From Vicugna vicugna (lineage: Eukaryota), in contig MU058781.1 of NCBI GenBank assembly GCA_013265495.1, forward strand, positions 2,520,158 through 2,584,157: a stretch of 64,000 nucleotides of DNA, written 5' to 3'. Below, piece by piece: positions 13,663-28,100 of this stretch. Every line of letters starts with the position of its first letter. Position 1 is the first letter of the stretch. The position numbers were made by a program, and so were the translations under genes. The notes beneath the pieces are model-generated. The model was not told the DNA's origin and searched no databases. It saw only the letters and a list, made by a program, of their open reading frames with translations.

Positions 13663-15344
13663 GTATACTTTTATATATACGTATACATTTAAAGGAGTAA
13701 GTGATACATCTTCAATATGAGTAATACATAAACTTAATTTAAAAAATTAACTAGTTCAGAAACATATACAATTTAAAAAGTGAGCATTTCCCTCTTTTCC
13801 TGCCCAGCTCTTTATCCTCTTACTCAGGTATCCACCCATATTAATTTCTTGTCACTTTTCCCAGAAATGTTTATGCAGACATGGCAACATCATTTAAAAT
13901 ATATATATATATACACACGTCCACAAAAACTGAATTGCATAATAGATACTGATCTGAGCTTCTAATTTAAAAAAAAAATTTAGGATTCTCTTACTCCAAA
14001 AAGTCATTGCCCAAATCCCCACAGTTACAAACCTAAATTGAAAGTAAATCCATCTGGTAGAAAACCGTCTGCCGGTGAACTGACCACTGATAAAGTTTGG
14101 CTCCCTCTTACCTGCTACGTGGTTTTCGGTTACCATTTATTCCTACCCATCAGTGTCTTTTTCAGTTTATTGTTGATTTTTAATTTTCTCACTGATAATA
14201 GTATTATTTACAGAATATTCAGTTGAAATAGTATGAGAACAAAGTACTTTCAGTTTTCTCTAATGACCAAACATGATAGAACACACTCCAGAACCTATTA
14301 AAATAAAAAAGAAGTCTAGACTCTCAATTCAAATCTGGATATCCAGCCTTGACCGGACAGTAGTGTTCTACTTGGCGTCCCTTTAAGCGTCTTTCCTGGG
14401 GTAATCCCGGTCCCCTCGGCCTTGAGTTGCGAATTCATCATCATGTCTGAAAATGGACTTCCCACCTCTAGTAGACCAGCCTTGATTTTTCATTCGTGTG
14501 CTCATATTGTAAGTGATTGAGTGACTCCTAAATGTTGGTAGAGTGCTTACCCCGTCATACGTGTGTATTGTGCTAGCTGTGGGTGGATGGTGGTGAAGGC
14601 AGTTTATTTGTGTCTGTGACACAGAGACACATCATTTGTCCAGCCATCAGAACCCAAACTTCCATGTCATTTTAGACTGATTGCTCGTGCAGTATGCTGA
14701 CTTCTCAACCATGTTCTCCTCTCGCTCTGTATGTTTACTTTCTGCCATGAAACACCTGCTTATGGTGCCCCATGTACCGAGTGCTTACTCCTTCTTTATG
14801 TCTTTCCTCATGGTCTTTCCTCACAGAAGCCTTTTCACTTCCCCAGAATTTAAATCAACTCTCACACTTTGCCAGTATTTAATAGGGCAAACTAATTAGT
14901 GATTTATTTTAAAAGAACTTTAAGAAGAGAGAGTGCTTTCAGTTTCTCAAAAGATTTCCAGAGCTGATAATTTGCTTCCTATTTGTCAAGTGTATCCGAG
15001 AGTAGATTGGGAACAAACTATCTATTTCAGTTTTGTGCTCTTTAAAAAATAATCATTTCAATTTAGTATTTTAAGACTTACTTGAAATAATATGAAATAA
15101 GTTGAAGGTACTAAGATTGGGTTGTGAGTTCATCATATCAGGATGACCTTGGGCTTCGGGACATTTTTAGATGAGTAAATATTTTGTTGTATATTTTGCT
15201 TACACAGATTAACTTTATAATATGCTGTGTTATGTTTGCTTTAAACAGTCAGCTGTCTTTAAAAACTGAAGAACGTAGCCTTTTGAATTTGCCTTGTGTC
15301 TCCCCTCCCTCCTTTGATCCACCTCCTCCTTCCTTCTCATCAGT

Positions 15345-15542
15345 TGGGGTTTGCAAATTTTCTTTGGAAAAGGCCAGACGGTAACTGTTATAGGTTTTGC
15401 AGCCTCATACAGTCTCCATCATATGTACTTCTTGTTCTTTTTTTCTTTTTCCCCTTTGTTAACATTTAAAATAATGCATAGGCCTTAACATAAACTGGCT
15501 GTGGGCTGGATTTGGCCTCCAGACCGGAGGTTGCTGGCTGCT
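15345..15542 (+). mobile_element. MER58-family hAT-Charlie DNA transposon
   Basis: ggggtttgcaaattttctttggaaaaggccagacggtaa...ggttttgcagcc at the 5' end and ggctgtgggctggatttggcctccagaccggaggttgctg at the 3' end resemble MER58 ends. Confidence 0.75.
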
Positions 15543-15659
15543 TCTCCACGTATTCTCATCTGTTATCTCCCTTCAGCCTAAATCACCACTTGTAGCATTG
15601 CTCATAGTAATAATAACAGATTTTCATCTCATTAATAACAGATTTCTTTTTTCATTTTT

Positions 15660-16925
15660 TCATTCATTTCAATCATAATTTTGCTAGATACAGAATTCTA
15701 GTTTGACTTTTTTTTTTTCTGTTCAGCAGTTTAAAAGTATGTCCCCCAGCCCCTTCAGTATTCTCCCGTTGCACATGACCGGTCTGTGCGTGGCTTCCTT
15801 TGTATTCATCCTCCTTGGTGCTCACTGAGCTTCTTGAATCTGTAGGCTGATGTTTTTAATCAAATGTGGGAAAATTCAGCTATTATTTCTTCAGCCATTC
15901 TTTCTCTCCAGTTTTCTCTCTCCTCTCCTTCTGGGACGTTACTTACTTGTGTGTTACACTACTTGATGCTGCTCCACAGGCCTTTGAAACTCAGTCCCTT
16001 TCCAGTGTTTTCTTTCTAGGCTTCACATTTGATCATTTCTGTTGACTTCAAGGTCACTAATCTTTTCTTTTGCAGAGTTCCATTTGTTGTTTTATTTCAG
16101 ATATTGTATGTTCTGTTCTATTATTTCCATTCTTTTTAGAGTTTCTTTCTTCTGGAATTCCTGTTTATTGTATAGAGGGCAGTGTGGCTGATGCATTTTA
16201 GAGGCTCTGGATTCTGTTATCTTCTGAAGGTTGCTGGGTTTTGTTTTAGCAGACAGTTGAATTACTATCACATCTGAAACTCATAGAAGATTGATTTTAG
16301 GGTTTTCAGAATAGGTCTGTTTTATTTGCCCTGATGCCAAGATGTGATGTTAATGGTAAGGCATAGCCTTCTGAGATTTCAGTGGAAAGGCAAGGCTTCT
16401 ACCAGGCTCCTCTGTCTTGGAAGGACTTGAACCCCAAGTCCTGTGTCCAGTACTGGGAGCTGCTGTGGATACGTTGCTCAGTTGTTTCCACCTGCCTGTG
16501 GGTTGCTTTCCCCTTGGGTTCCTTGAAGTCTTAACCCTCCACACGAGCAGTTCAGGACTCAGCCAAGGATTTGAGGGGTTTGTTCTCAGATTCTGGACTC
16601 CCTCCTCTGGGGCTCCCTCTTTTCTGGGATTTCCTTCCTCAATTTCCACCTGTTGCAGCAGCCCGGTACGCCTACTGCTTTCAGCCTCATGGGTGATTGT
16701 CCTTTGGGAAAGGTCATTGGAACGTGGATCTTACCTCGTTTGCTTCTCATCCTTCTAGGGTCAAATCCCATCCAGTTTCTGCCTGCTTTTGGTCACTCTC
16801 CAGTACCTCCCTGTTCATCATTTGTTGTTGTTGTTGTTGAATATATTGTCCATGGTTTTATTGTGTTGACAGGAAGGTTAGTCCCATATAAGGCACTCTG
16901 CCATTACCAGAAGCCAGAAGTCCTG
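15660..16925 (-). mobile_element. Old L1M fragment (antisense)
   Basis: gatacagaattctagtttga, ctgagcttcttgaatctgtaggctgatgttttt, aaaattcagctattatttcttca, tctccttctgggac: typical antisense L1M ORF1-region text. Confidence 0.6.
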
Positions 16926-18002
16926 AATGAGTAGATAATGCATTCTTGATATCAGTGCAAGTTTTTATAGAATTAGGCAGATGGTTATCTGAAGAGTTAA
17001 GAGACTCTGGGAAGACTCCCAAGCTGGCACGGGGAGGAATTAGTGCTCTGATCCTTTGGTTCATGAGTGTGGTATCCTGGGATGACTGGCTCCACCACAG
17101 TACTCGCGGCTACACACTGTTGTGTCAAAAGTGGACTGATTATCAGTGGGGCTTGTACTGTGAGAGCTTTGCTTCGTTGTCCCTTCTTCCTTTTGCTGTT
17201 GTGAGATTATCACTATTTACTGTACATTATAGTTACCTACACATTAATATTACTTGATTAATGTATCTTCATCTCCACTAGAGTCTGGGTTCTCAAGGGA
17301 AGACTGTATGTAGCTCAAAGCTTTGCACATGGTAGGTGCTGAGGGTGGAATGAGACGTACTGTGCTGAGCACAATGCCTGATGAACTGGTGCCAGTACTT
17401 TTTTCTTTCCTGTCTACTCTCCTCCACTGTGTAAAGGTTTGTGAAATATAATTGGACTGGTAAATTGGGGAAAGGAACAGATTATTTGTTCTAATTACTC
17501 ACTTGTCCCCATCTTTTTTTTTTTTAATGTGGCTAAGTAAGAATAGTTTGTACTAGTAAGAGCTACATTGTTACATTATTTGGGGAGAAATTAAGAAATT
17601 TAACGACTGAAAAAAATGAAAACATGTTCCGTATTACTATGGAAATGCACCTTTGCCTCCTCATCCAGAATGCAAAAGAACAGTGAGAATGTAGATTAGG
17701 TCTCTATCAGAAGTTCCTCACCCGGGTTTAAGGTCTCCATAGAGACGACAGTCCCTGAGCCCGTGTGCAGAACTGCATGTGTGTTTGTGTGTGTGTCACT
17801 CACTGACTAGGAGATGCTGCACAGTGGGCACAAGGACTTTTTTAATAGAGACATTTTGAAGTTTCATTTTCTTTTTCTTGTAAACTTGCTTTTTTTTAAT
17901 TGAAGAAGTGATAGATCACTATTGGAAAAAGATGGAGATATTTTAATATTAAACCAGAAGAAGACAGCGTGTCCATATAGTTCTTGTGTCATTTTAGAAA
18001 GG

Positions 18003-18032
18003 GTGTGTGTGTGTGTCTGTGTGTGTCTGTGT
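18003..18032. repeat. Imperfect (TG)n microsatellite
   Basis: gtgtgtgtgtgtgtctgtgtgtgtctgtgt. Confidence 0.85.
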
Positions 18033-18254
18033 GCACGCACAAACATGAAAAATGACCTGGAACCTAAGGTGCTCACAGTGGTTGATTTGTTTGAAATTCT
18101 CTTTCCTTCTTGTATCATATGTCATTGTTTAACTCATTCAAAAAGAAATGGCCGTAAAAATTAAGTACAATTAAATATGTATCATTCTCCCTGGTCCCCT
18201 TTCCCCAGGGGAGACTGTAAACACCAGCAGTAGTGAGTGACTTATGTATCCTTT

Positions 18255-18256
<2 letters not shown>

Positions 18257-18285
<29 letters not shown>

Positions 18286-18288
18286 TCA
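18257..18288. repeat. (CA)n microsatellite
   Basis: cacacatacacacacacacacacacacactca. Confidence 0.85.
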
Positions 18289-21159
18289 TACACTCATTTT
18301 CTTGTTTTGACAGATGCATGCTATATACATTGCTCTACTCCTTGGATTTTGTTTTTTGATTTGTTTGTTGTTGTTGTTTTTTTAACTTTGTATCTTGGAA
18401 AGCTTTACAGTCTTAATTCTTACCCTCCCCCAGCCTTACCAAAACGAATTAAGAACACTGGATGTCATATTTCTGGAAAAGATTGTTTATTCTCTTTGTT
18501 GTCCTTTTCAGTTTTGGTGTGTACAAACCTGCCTCCTAGTGGTAGCTCAGAAGTTATTTAATTTCCTCTTGGCTCTGATTGTTTCTGGGGGCAGTGACCT
18601 CGGTGGAATGTCTGCTGTGTGCTGGACCTTTGGATGCTTTGCCTCATTTATTGCCCACGGTTATGTATCGTTTCTTGCTTATGATGATTATTTGAACATA
18701 GCACTAACAGCACATGAATAATACTTTGGTAACCTTTCAGGTTTTGTTCCTTTTTTTTTTTTTCTTCAGATTGGGCATCTTCTTTTGTTTTTTTTTATAC
18801 TTTTGGTTAGGGAGGTTTCAAAATAATTACAACTAGAACGGTGTAATAACCCTCTACTTGCCCGGCATCCAGCTTTCATAGCTCACACCTGAGAGCAGTC
18901 TGGTTCCCTCTGCTGCCCTGGGCGTTTCCGCTCCCCTAATGTTTTACGACCTCCGATACAGTATTTCATTGACATGCTTTTGTTATATAAGCATTTATCT
19001 GAAGGACAAGGAATGTTTTTTCACATAATCACAATTCGTGTATGAGACCAAAAAAGTTAACTCCTTACTATGATCGATGAAATCCTATCAGTGTTTAAAT
19101 TTCCAGTTCCCTACAGTGTCATAGTTTTTAAACATTTTGTTAGAATCAAATACAGTCCACATGTTTTGTAGTTTTATCTGCTTTTTATGTTTTTTTCATC
19201 TACAAGTACCGTTTCTAATTCTTTCTTCCTTTCTTCGCAAATTATTTGTCAGAGAAGCTAGGTTTTTTTGTCCTGTAGAATTTTTCATTGTTGATTTGTT
19301 TTTAATGGTCAAATATATAGATAGATTTCTTTTGAAATTGTTTTAACTGGTGGCTTTTAAGTTTCTAGATATTCTTTAGATACCATCACATATTTGAACA
19401 TGCATTTGTTGGCCAACATCATTCTCTTTATGGCCTCATTTATGGCTTTCAAATCTGTATTTGTAGATTTGAAATGTAGAATGCTCTTTGAAATAAAAGT
19501 TTATAAGGAAAAATAAGACAGAATCAGATAAAATTACTTTGAAGACAACTGTGAGAGGTGTCTATACTTCTCACATTAGATAATGAATGTATTGTGTCTG
19601 CTAAGTTTGTGGTAGGGCTCAAGGAGGAAAAATTCTCATTTCTTTTTGAATTAGAATGTAGTCAACTGTTTCATGTCATCCAGAGAAAGGCTTTTCAGAG
19701 TCTCTGCAGTGTGGCATGGATGTCTTGGAGTTTAAGTCTGTCCGCAGCCGTGCGTCTTGCTGAGGGGATGCTGTATATCCACCAGGAGAGCAGGGCTTGA
19801 CCCAGAGGGGAGGGTGGAGCCGGGATGTCCACGGGCAGAAGCAGCCGACACAGTGTCACCAGTCCGCCAGCAGGTGGCTGAGCAGATCCTTACGTCATAG
19901 CTGTTTGCTGGGTCTGACACAGGAAACTGAAATATCAAATATTGTTTACCCCAAACTGACATTTCATGCAGTTAGAGTTGTAGAAGAAATGTAGTTGTAG
20001 CCTTCCCTTTCCAGTCTTCTGTGCCTTTAATACTTTTTTTTTTACCCAAAAGGAGTTTGCAAACAGTTATCTCCACTATTTATTCGCTTCTTCCCCTATG
20101 TTTCTAATTTCATCCTCTTTCTTCCTTTTCATTTCTTAGGGAATGTAGATTTATTTGTATCTGTAGTAATTTGAGATCACAAAACAGAACCAGTGGAACC
20201 AGAAATCTGAAATATCAAAATATCATTTACCTCAACACATAGTAAGTACAGTTCCCACAGTTGCTAGAATACTGTGAGCATTCCCCGTTTCCTGGTGATG
20301 GATGGTGGGCTTTCTGGGAAGAGGGGAGGAAGCTGACCCGGAGAAGGTGGGCAGTGCACCGCCCGCCAGGTCGCCAGAGTTCACTATGCTTAGTTTCTAT
20401 ATTTTAGCCTAGAAGATCGCAACACCGTGTATTTAAGTCCTTCCTTTTCTTTCTTTCCTTTTTTTTTTTTTAATAAGAGGACCTTTAAGAAATGTACTAT
20501 AAGGAAAATGGATGTGTTATTTGCAGACCGGGGGTGGGTCAGAATGCTAGCTTGAAGACAGTAGACTTATTTAATCTGATATCCACACCTCCTGGGTGTC
20601 TCTCAGTGATCTGTCTCTACATCTTCATCCTTAGCCCTGGATTCTGTATGCATGTGTGTGTGCACACACACGCACGTGGGGGCACATACATGCATATGGG
20701 TACACGTGTGAAGCCATTACTGGGTTAGTAACACAAGTTTAGTGGACTCTGGCATTTAGCCTCTCAGGGTAAGAACCTCTGTCTTCATATTCCTTTCTCA
20801 CCCTGTGGTTACCATGACGACCTTTCATTTTCTACATCAGAAATCATCACATGGGAGGAGGGGGAAACCAGCGTTGTCATGCTCTCATAAAGATACCTAA
20901 ACCACCGTGGGCAAAGTACTTTAATGTAATTATTAGAAAACTGTTCATCCATGTCAGTTTTCAGCATCTTTACACAATACTTTTTTATGTTTAGCTTTTG
21001 TATTTTCATACATTGAATTTTTAGCTGGAAATTTACTTTCTAGTTTAGGGCTCATATTAGTAATTAACTTTAAATCTGTTTTTGGTGGTATGCTTATTAA
21101 GAATATACGCTTTGGCTTTGCATTCTAGACTTACAGTGCGTGGACATCCTTAGCTGTGA

Positions 21160-21470
21160 AGCATACTTGAATTCTGCGCCCCCCGCCCCCCGCCCAGTCC
21201 TCCCTGGGGCCCACGCATGTCAGCAGCCCCTCTGATTGGCAGGCAGGTGATGCTGCTGCTGCCCCACTTGCTTGGTAAAAAGTTGCTTTGAAGAGCAGGC
21301 GTTTAAGACTTTTTCCCTTCACTTCTTGCATTTCGTTCGATTTTTGGATCTCGATCTGATAATATGTGTAATTTAGAGAAGTCTGGCTGCATGTTGGGAT
21401 TACCTGGAAAACTTTTAAAAATGCTGATTTAATGGGGTACAGCCTCGGTATCAAGAGTTTTAAACACTGA
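21160..21470. mobile_element. MER5-like DNA transposon fragments
   Basis: ggctgcatgttgggattacctggaaaacttttaaaaatgctgat and caggtgatgctgctgctg resemble MER5A/B; degraded and internally deleted. Confidence 0.55.
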
Positions 21471-23725
21471 GGCTAATATTTAGTGACTGGAGTGTGTAGC
21501 AGAATTTGAGGTTTACTCTTCTAGGTGATGTATAATCAGTCAGCAAATCAGGAGCTGGGAGAGTGGCACTAAGGGACCTCAGGCCGACTTGCTTAGGTAG
21601 CTGTTTAATAAAGGAGCTCTTCAACTTCGACCTTCACCCCTTCCTGGACGCCTCACGGACTCCCAAACAGTGTGAGGTTTTGGGAAGCAGACTGGGTGTT
21701 TGCTTTGCTTTTTACTTGGAAAATGCGTCCTCAACCATAAAAGCTAGCAGTCTTTGTAGCGCCTTCTAGGGGTAAGAGGGTATAATTACCCCACTATTAA
21801 AAGCTCAAGAGTTTGAGCACCGTGGACTAACAGTTCTCAGCTCTACCCATCAAGGCTACCAACTGCCTACATAGTAAACCAGCTGGTAGGTTATTAAGGG
21901 ACAAAAAATAATTCAAAAGCCTAAGCTGGTTCAGTGTAACACATTCACTGTGTCTGTACATTTTGTTATTTTCATGGTCAGTTTTGATATCAGGATGATT
22001 GTCTTATAGAAGAAACATTGCATTTAATTGATCCATAATTTTAAAGCATAACGGAGCTCATATCTACCTTTCCCTTTGAACTGTTTCAAGATGTTCTTAG
22101 TACCATGATGGAAACATGCTTTCTAAAAAAAATGAATAGTTTTGCCGAGACTAGGCCATAAAATCATAGTAAGGTTAGGCATTTCACATTTTAAAACTAT
22201 TACGACATTCTGTTCTGAATCTTCTTTGGTGTTTCACGACTCATTATCATACTAGTTTAAGAGACTGTTCATGTCCAGTTAACCTTTATCTCTACCCTAC
22301 TTTTTCCACAGCCACTCTGGATCTTTTTAAAACCCTTGAATCCTTTAACAGAAGTTGATCACAACCTCTAGCCAGATTTTTTGGGCCCTGAGATGCTCAG
22401 CTCCCCTCCCCTGTCCTTGGTACCTACATCTTTTTTTCTCGGTTCTTTCCTAGCCACCACTCACCTTGTATATTAGCTTGGTCACGTGAACAACTCTCTA
22501 GCACCTCCATCTCACTGAATTCTTTGTCCTTCCTCCTGGAAAAATTCAAATTTGGCATTCCTTCTCAGTTTCTTCATCCAGCTTGCCAAACTTTGTTAGA
22601 GTAAAGAATACTGTTGAACACATTGAACCAAAAGCATGGATTTCCACATTCACGGATCCCTAGTTGCTATTTATCAATGCTTTTATTTGTCCTTAAAGTT
22701 GGTCAGTTCTTCTATTCTCATCAGACCTTTGTCTAATTTTTATCAGTCTCTGAGACTCCTTAACATAAACACCAAATTCCTTTTCCTTTGTAGGCAACCA
22801 TGCCTCTGGTCTCAATAAAACTGTGACAGTTGATTGTGCACTGCCTCTGTCTCATCCTTCCCATCAGCAGACTTTTCCCGAGAGAAGACCCTTCTCTCGT
22901 CCTTCCCTTCCCTCTGACCTCAGAGAGTCGCTCTGGGTGTTTCCCTCTTCAAAACCAGCCCCTCTCCTGGACCTGCTGCTGGCCTCTCCTGTCTTCAGAA
23001 CCTTATCCTCCACATCCCCCACTCTCCTGTATCTTTACTCTAGGTTTTTTTTGGGGGTGGTGGTGTTTTTTTGTTTTTTGTTTTGGTTCCTTCCCTTGGG
23101 TCTATAAACGTCTTTGAAAAACATCAAACCAAACAGCCTTCCTTTGACCCTTTGTTTCTCTCTGGCCCTTAAGTTCATCTGTTCTTCTTTGCTGAATGTT
23201 TTGAATGACACTTATGCTCTATTCTTTCCTTTACCTCCTGTCCCATCACTTTTTCAGCCCTCTGCCCACTGGCCTGACATTCCACTACAAGCTTTGAGAA
23301 GCATCACTAGGACCTTTTAATTGCTCAATCCAGTGGGAGCTTTTTCAGTCTTTATCAGTTGCATCATCTAATGATTTGACAATGAAACACTGTTCTCTTG
23401 ACTTATGTGGACAAATTATTTCTATTCTCCTAATTTTTTCAGCTGTTCCTTCTTTTTTCATTTCTTTCTTTCTTTCCTTCCTCCCTTCCTTTTTTTTTTC
23501 TTTTGCCTTTCTCTTGGGTTTCTTTTCCTCTACCTCTCATCCCACCAATGATTCTTAACTGGAGGGTGGGTGGCCCACTTGTCAAAGCTTTCAAAACTTA
23601 CTCAGTCTGGGGTACCATATGTATAGTTTCTGATCCAGTGGGTCTTTCTAGAAGCCTATAATATAGTGGTTCTATGACATTCTATTGTACGGAGGTATTG
23701 TAATTTACTTAACCATTTCTCAATT

Positions 23726-23775
23726 ATTCATTCAACATGTATTTATTGAGCACCTACTGTATTCCACGTGCCATA
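23726..23775 (-). mobile_element. L2 3' terminal fragment
   Basis: attcattcaacatgtatttattgagcacctactgt is the characteristic antisense L2 tail. Confidence 0.75.
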
Positions 23776-24931
23776 GATTATTTAGGTTTTTTCTGTTAAG
23801 AAAAGTACTGTAATGAACAGCCTTTGTTCCACTCCTTTCACAGTCTCAGTCTAGATTCCCTGTAAGTTGATTCAGTATGTTAATAGATAAAGGTGGGTTT
23901 CAATGATCTTGATGCCTATGGCCAAATTACTTCATAGAATAGTTATATTTTTGTTTCGACCTACTCTCTGGTATGGTTTTAACAACCAGTTACATAAGAA
24001 GGTGGCTCTCATATCCTGTATCTTTAGACCTGTTGTTTCCAGATTTATGTTCCAAACTGCTTTGAGTTCCTGACATTCTACCTTGTTTTCTTTGCTTTCC
24101 AGCTTCCTTCTGCTCCCTGCCCACCAGATGCCCGCCCCTTCTCTCAACGAGATCTCTCGTTTTCTTCTGTGCATATTCAGCCCATGTATAATTTCTTCCA
24201 CGATGATGTTTCAGGACCATTTTTCCTTTTTCCGAGACAGCCACATATACACCCTTCCGTGTTGCCTTGATGCCCAGTGGACATAGTCACACAGCTGCCA
24301 CGTGTGCAGGGATTGCTTGTTTACTTCTGTCACCTCCTGCGCGTAGGATTCTTCGTCTTTGTGTATCACCAGGGCCAGCTCACAGCAGCTAATAAGTAAT
24401 TCTGAACTAAATGAACCATTCAGTATATTAATGTTTTTAAGTTTTAGAAATTACCCTCAGGGTGTTTTATATGATCTGGAAATTTGGAATTTAGAACCTA
24501 CAGCCAGCCAACATTTTTTTTAAAGATAATTCAAGCACATTTTGGGGGTTTAGAATTTTTACTAAATTTAAATAATATTTATTTTTATATTAAAATACTT
24601 ATTGTGGGTAATTTAGTAATTGAACAAAATAGAAATAACATTAAAACTGCCTGTTAATGTACTACCCTCAGATAATCATTGCATTTTAGCCTATTTCGTT
24701 GTAGATGTGTGTGTGTGTACATATACATCTATGTGGCACAAAATATTATTATGTAATATACTTTGAGCACTTTTTCTGCCGGTAAGTATTTTTAAAACAT
24801 TTTTAATAGCTAAATAAAATTCTATTGTATGGGGCTACCATAGTTCTTTAACTAGTTCCTTACTGTTTTACATGTAAAATTGTCCCCAAGTAATTGTTAA
24901 CATAAATGCTGCAGTAAATACTGCAATAGTG

Positions 24932-25145
24932 ATTCATTTATTTAACAAATACGTGTTGAAGGTCTAGTGATCTAGGCACCTGTGTTCTCTGTTGAATAAG
25001 ATACAGTTCAATGAAGAAAGCGAGCAAGCACACAGGCTCTCGGACTGTCTTGTGATGAATGCTGCTCCGGGGCCGAGAACACTGCTCGGGGCACAGACCA
25101 GGGCCCGGGGGCCTGGGTCAGGGAAGGCTTCCTAAAGGAGGTGTT
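24932..25145 (-). mobile_element. L2 3' fragment
   Basis: attcatttatttaacaaatacgtgttga...ggtcagggaaggcttcctaaaggaggtg. Confidence 0.65.
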
Positions 25146-28100
25146 TATAGGGGTATTGGCTAATTTCTTTGTTTTGGGATGTTTATTAGAATAACACAAG
25201 GTTAATACAATGAAGCGTATCCTTTTTATTCATCATTGAGGGTTTTTTGTTTTGTTTCTGTTTACACTAGAGATAGATGTGTTTAATCAAAAAGTACATT
25301 TTGGGTATTATTTAAGTTACCTCTCCCCCTGCCTCTGCCTCGTCCTGTTTACTTTTCCAGATTATGATAACATGCTTCCTCATACTGAACTATCTCTGTG
25401 TACTTACTTTACACCCTGCTTGGACATGGCTTTCTAATCTTGGAATATACTTCTGAATACAGGCTGTTACATCCATATTCCTGTGTGAGACTTTTCTGCC
25501 CCTGGTCAGATTTTGATATCAGGGTTATACTGGCTTTTTAAAATGATTTAGAAAACCTTTTGTGTTAGCTTGTGCTTTGGAACAGTTTAGGAAATGATTT
25601 ATTCTTCAAAATTGGTTAAGAATTTGATAATAAAACCATCTTGGCCTTTAACCTTTACAATAAAGGTAATTCTGCATTATTATCTGGTAACTTTATCAAT
25701 CACCCATGGTTATTCTAGTTGAGTTTTTCTCTTTCTGGATCAAGTTGAGTAACTTTATGGGGTTTTTTAAAGAATTTTTACCAATCACAGTTTTTAAATT
25801 CATTGGTGAAGAGTTGAGTCTCTTTTTTTACTTATTCAAGCAATATTTTTCAATTTGAAATATTATATTAGTCTAGACTGTCATTTTAGGCATTATCATA
25901 GAGCTTGACTTCATGAAAGACATAGGTCTAGAGGTACAAACGATGTGTAACATACAGGTTAAAACATGTTACTTACAAAGGTAGCTTTACGTAGCTGACT
26001 GCATAGTGAACACTGGGCTAGTCTTCATTTAGAAGGGCGTGTGTACATGGTTACCGGTACTGAATGCATTGTTAACATTACATCATTGTCATATACTTAG
26101 TCTTACTGAAATTGCTCTAGCAGTTAACAGTGAGAATAAGGAGCTTGTCCTGACGTGTAATGAGGGGATGTGGGAGTTAGGCTTATTCAGTAGTAAAAAT
26201 AGTGCAGCCACATATGGTGATCTTTTTTCAATCAGATGGTATCTCTTTCAGTAAATAGAGGTGCCTTTTACAGTTCCTTAGGATCTTCTAAATAAAATTT
26301 TACTATTAGTGTTTTCGCTGTGTGTTTTTAGGGCTCAGTGAGGGGTGAGAGCCTGTAGGTGTCGGAGAAGAGGCTATTGGTGCTGTCAGAGCAGCGAGAG
26401 AGAAGGGGGAGCTAACGGAATTAAGGCGGAGATCATTTAGGTCTTTGGTGGGTCTAATGGAGTCATAAATACTTGATTCTAGTGCCATCAGTGTACTGAA
26501 GCCGTTTCCCGAATGTAGAAATTATTTATGATGTTAGGGAAGATAAAGCGCCAGGTTCTTAAGTGAAACCACCTAATGCCAGTTTTTGGTTTGTGTGCAG
26601 AAATTCCTTTATCTCTGTTTCAGAATGCGTCCGTGCTTCTCTGTGTCACTTGGCAGGTTATTGTTTATACTGTCAGTGGATCACTCAGTCCGTCTTACTG
26701 TCGCTATTACTGATGATCATGAGATACGAAGCTGGAGAGAAATGGGTTCCACATGCAAGGGGTCGGCTGCACAGAGAAGGGAGTGACGGCTCTGAGGAGG
26801 GTCTTAGAGCAGGTTTCCTACAAGAGACGACATCTTGAAGGGATGGGCTGGAAGGGGCAGCTGGGAAGAGGCTCAGGGATCTGACAGAGCCTGCAGGCAG
26901 GGGGCTGGAGCTGAAAAGAACGGAGTGGGGTCTGGCAGGTGGGGAGAGGAGGTAACACGATCAAGCTGCACAGGGGATTCAGGCTTTATATTTACTGTCA
27001 AATTAATATTAAAATGATCTTTTAAGGGGTATAATAATCCATAAGCCCCTCCAGGAGAGCTTTAAAAAATTTTTTTTCTATCTCTAGTTCTTCCTTTTGT
27101 ACTTGACACAAAGTTGACATTCAGCACAATAGAAACACACAGCTTTTGTTGAACCAAATCATAACAGTTTAGTGTGTTGGTCTCCAAAACTGTGATGTCT
27201 TGGATCCCAGGGCTCTTGAGGAGTGATGTTGAGGATCTGAGATGGGGAGGGTAAAATGGTCAGAGAGCAGGTGCTTACTGTGAGCCCTTATTTGAAGATT
27301 GCTTTATTTTTATAAGTGATTTGTTTTTAATTATCCACTCTTCTTCCCAGAACCCCAAAAGGAAGGTGGTTTCCTGAGGGCTCCAGGACTTTTTTTTTTG
27401 GTTCAGTGGTTTCAGATTATGTTTTACGAAGTGACATTTTTCTTTTTATTTATAATTATTTACCTATGATGAAGGTAAAATATTTTTGCATGGTTTTCTT
27501 ATATAAAAAAAATTTTAAAATATATAAGGCATTAAACAAAATAATTAATAGCCTTAACCATTAACAAATAGTTTCTGCACTTTTATCAGAGAAGACAAAC
27601 TGTAAAAAGGTACATTTTTAATAGTTGCAGAACCAAAATATCACCTACATTGTTGGTACCCTCTCTTTCCTGCCACTGTCTCGGCCATGGGCCCCTCTGG
27701 ATCTTAGGGACAATTTTGGATCCATTCATGTGTTGCTGGGATCTTTTCCAGGTGACAACTCCAAGTATATTTAGTAAAATTTGAATTAATTAGGCTTACA
27801 TCTTAAGTACAGTAAGAACTAGTTACAGTAAGATATGTTACTCACCTTAGATTTACTAGCGTGATGTGAATGTCCATTTTCCATGTATATCTATTTTTAT
27901 GTGTAGTTTTTGTGAAATTATCAGTGACGTTGGGGAGGGTCTGATGGAAGATGTGTCTGCATCTGAGATTCCCATTCTACCCATTTTAAATCACATGTAC
28001 CCGCCCATCCCCAACCCCGCCAGTCAAGGCTTACAGTGAGACACGTTGTGATACCCTGGGTTGAGGACTGCCCTTCTATCAGTGAGTTTCAGGCTGCCGA

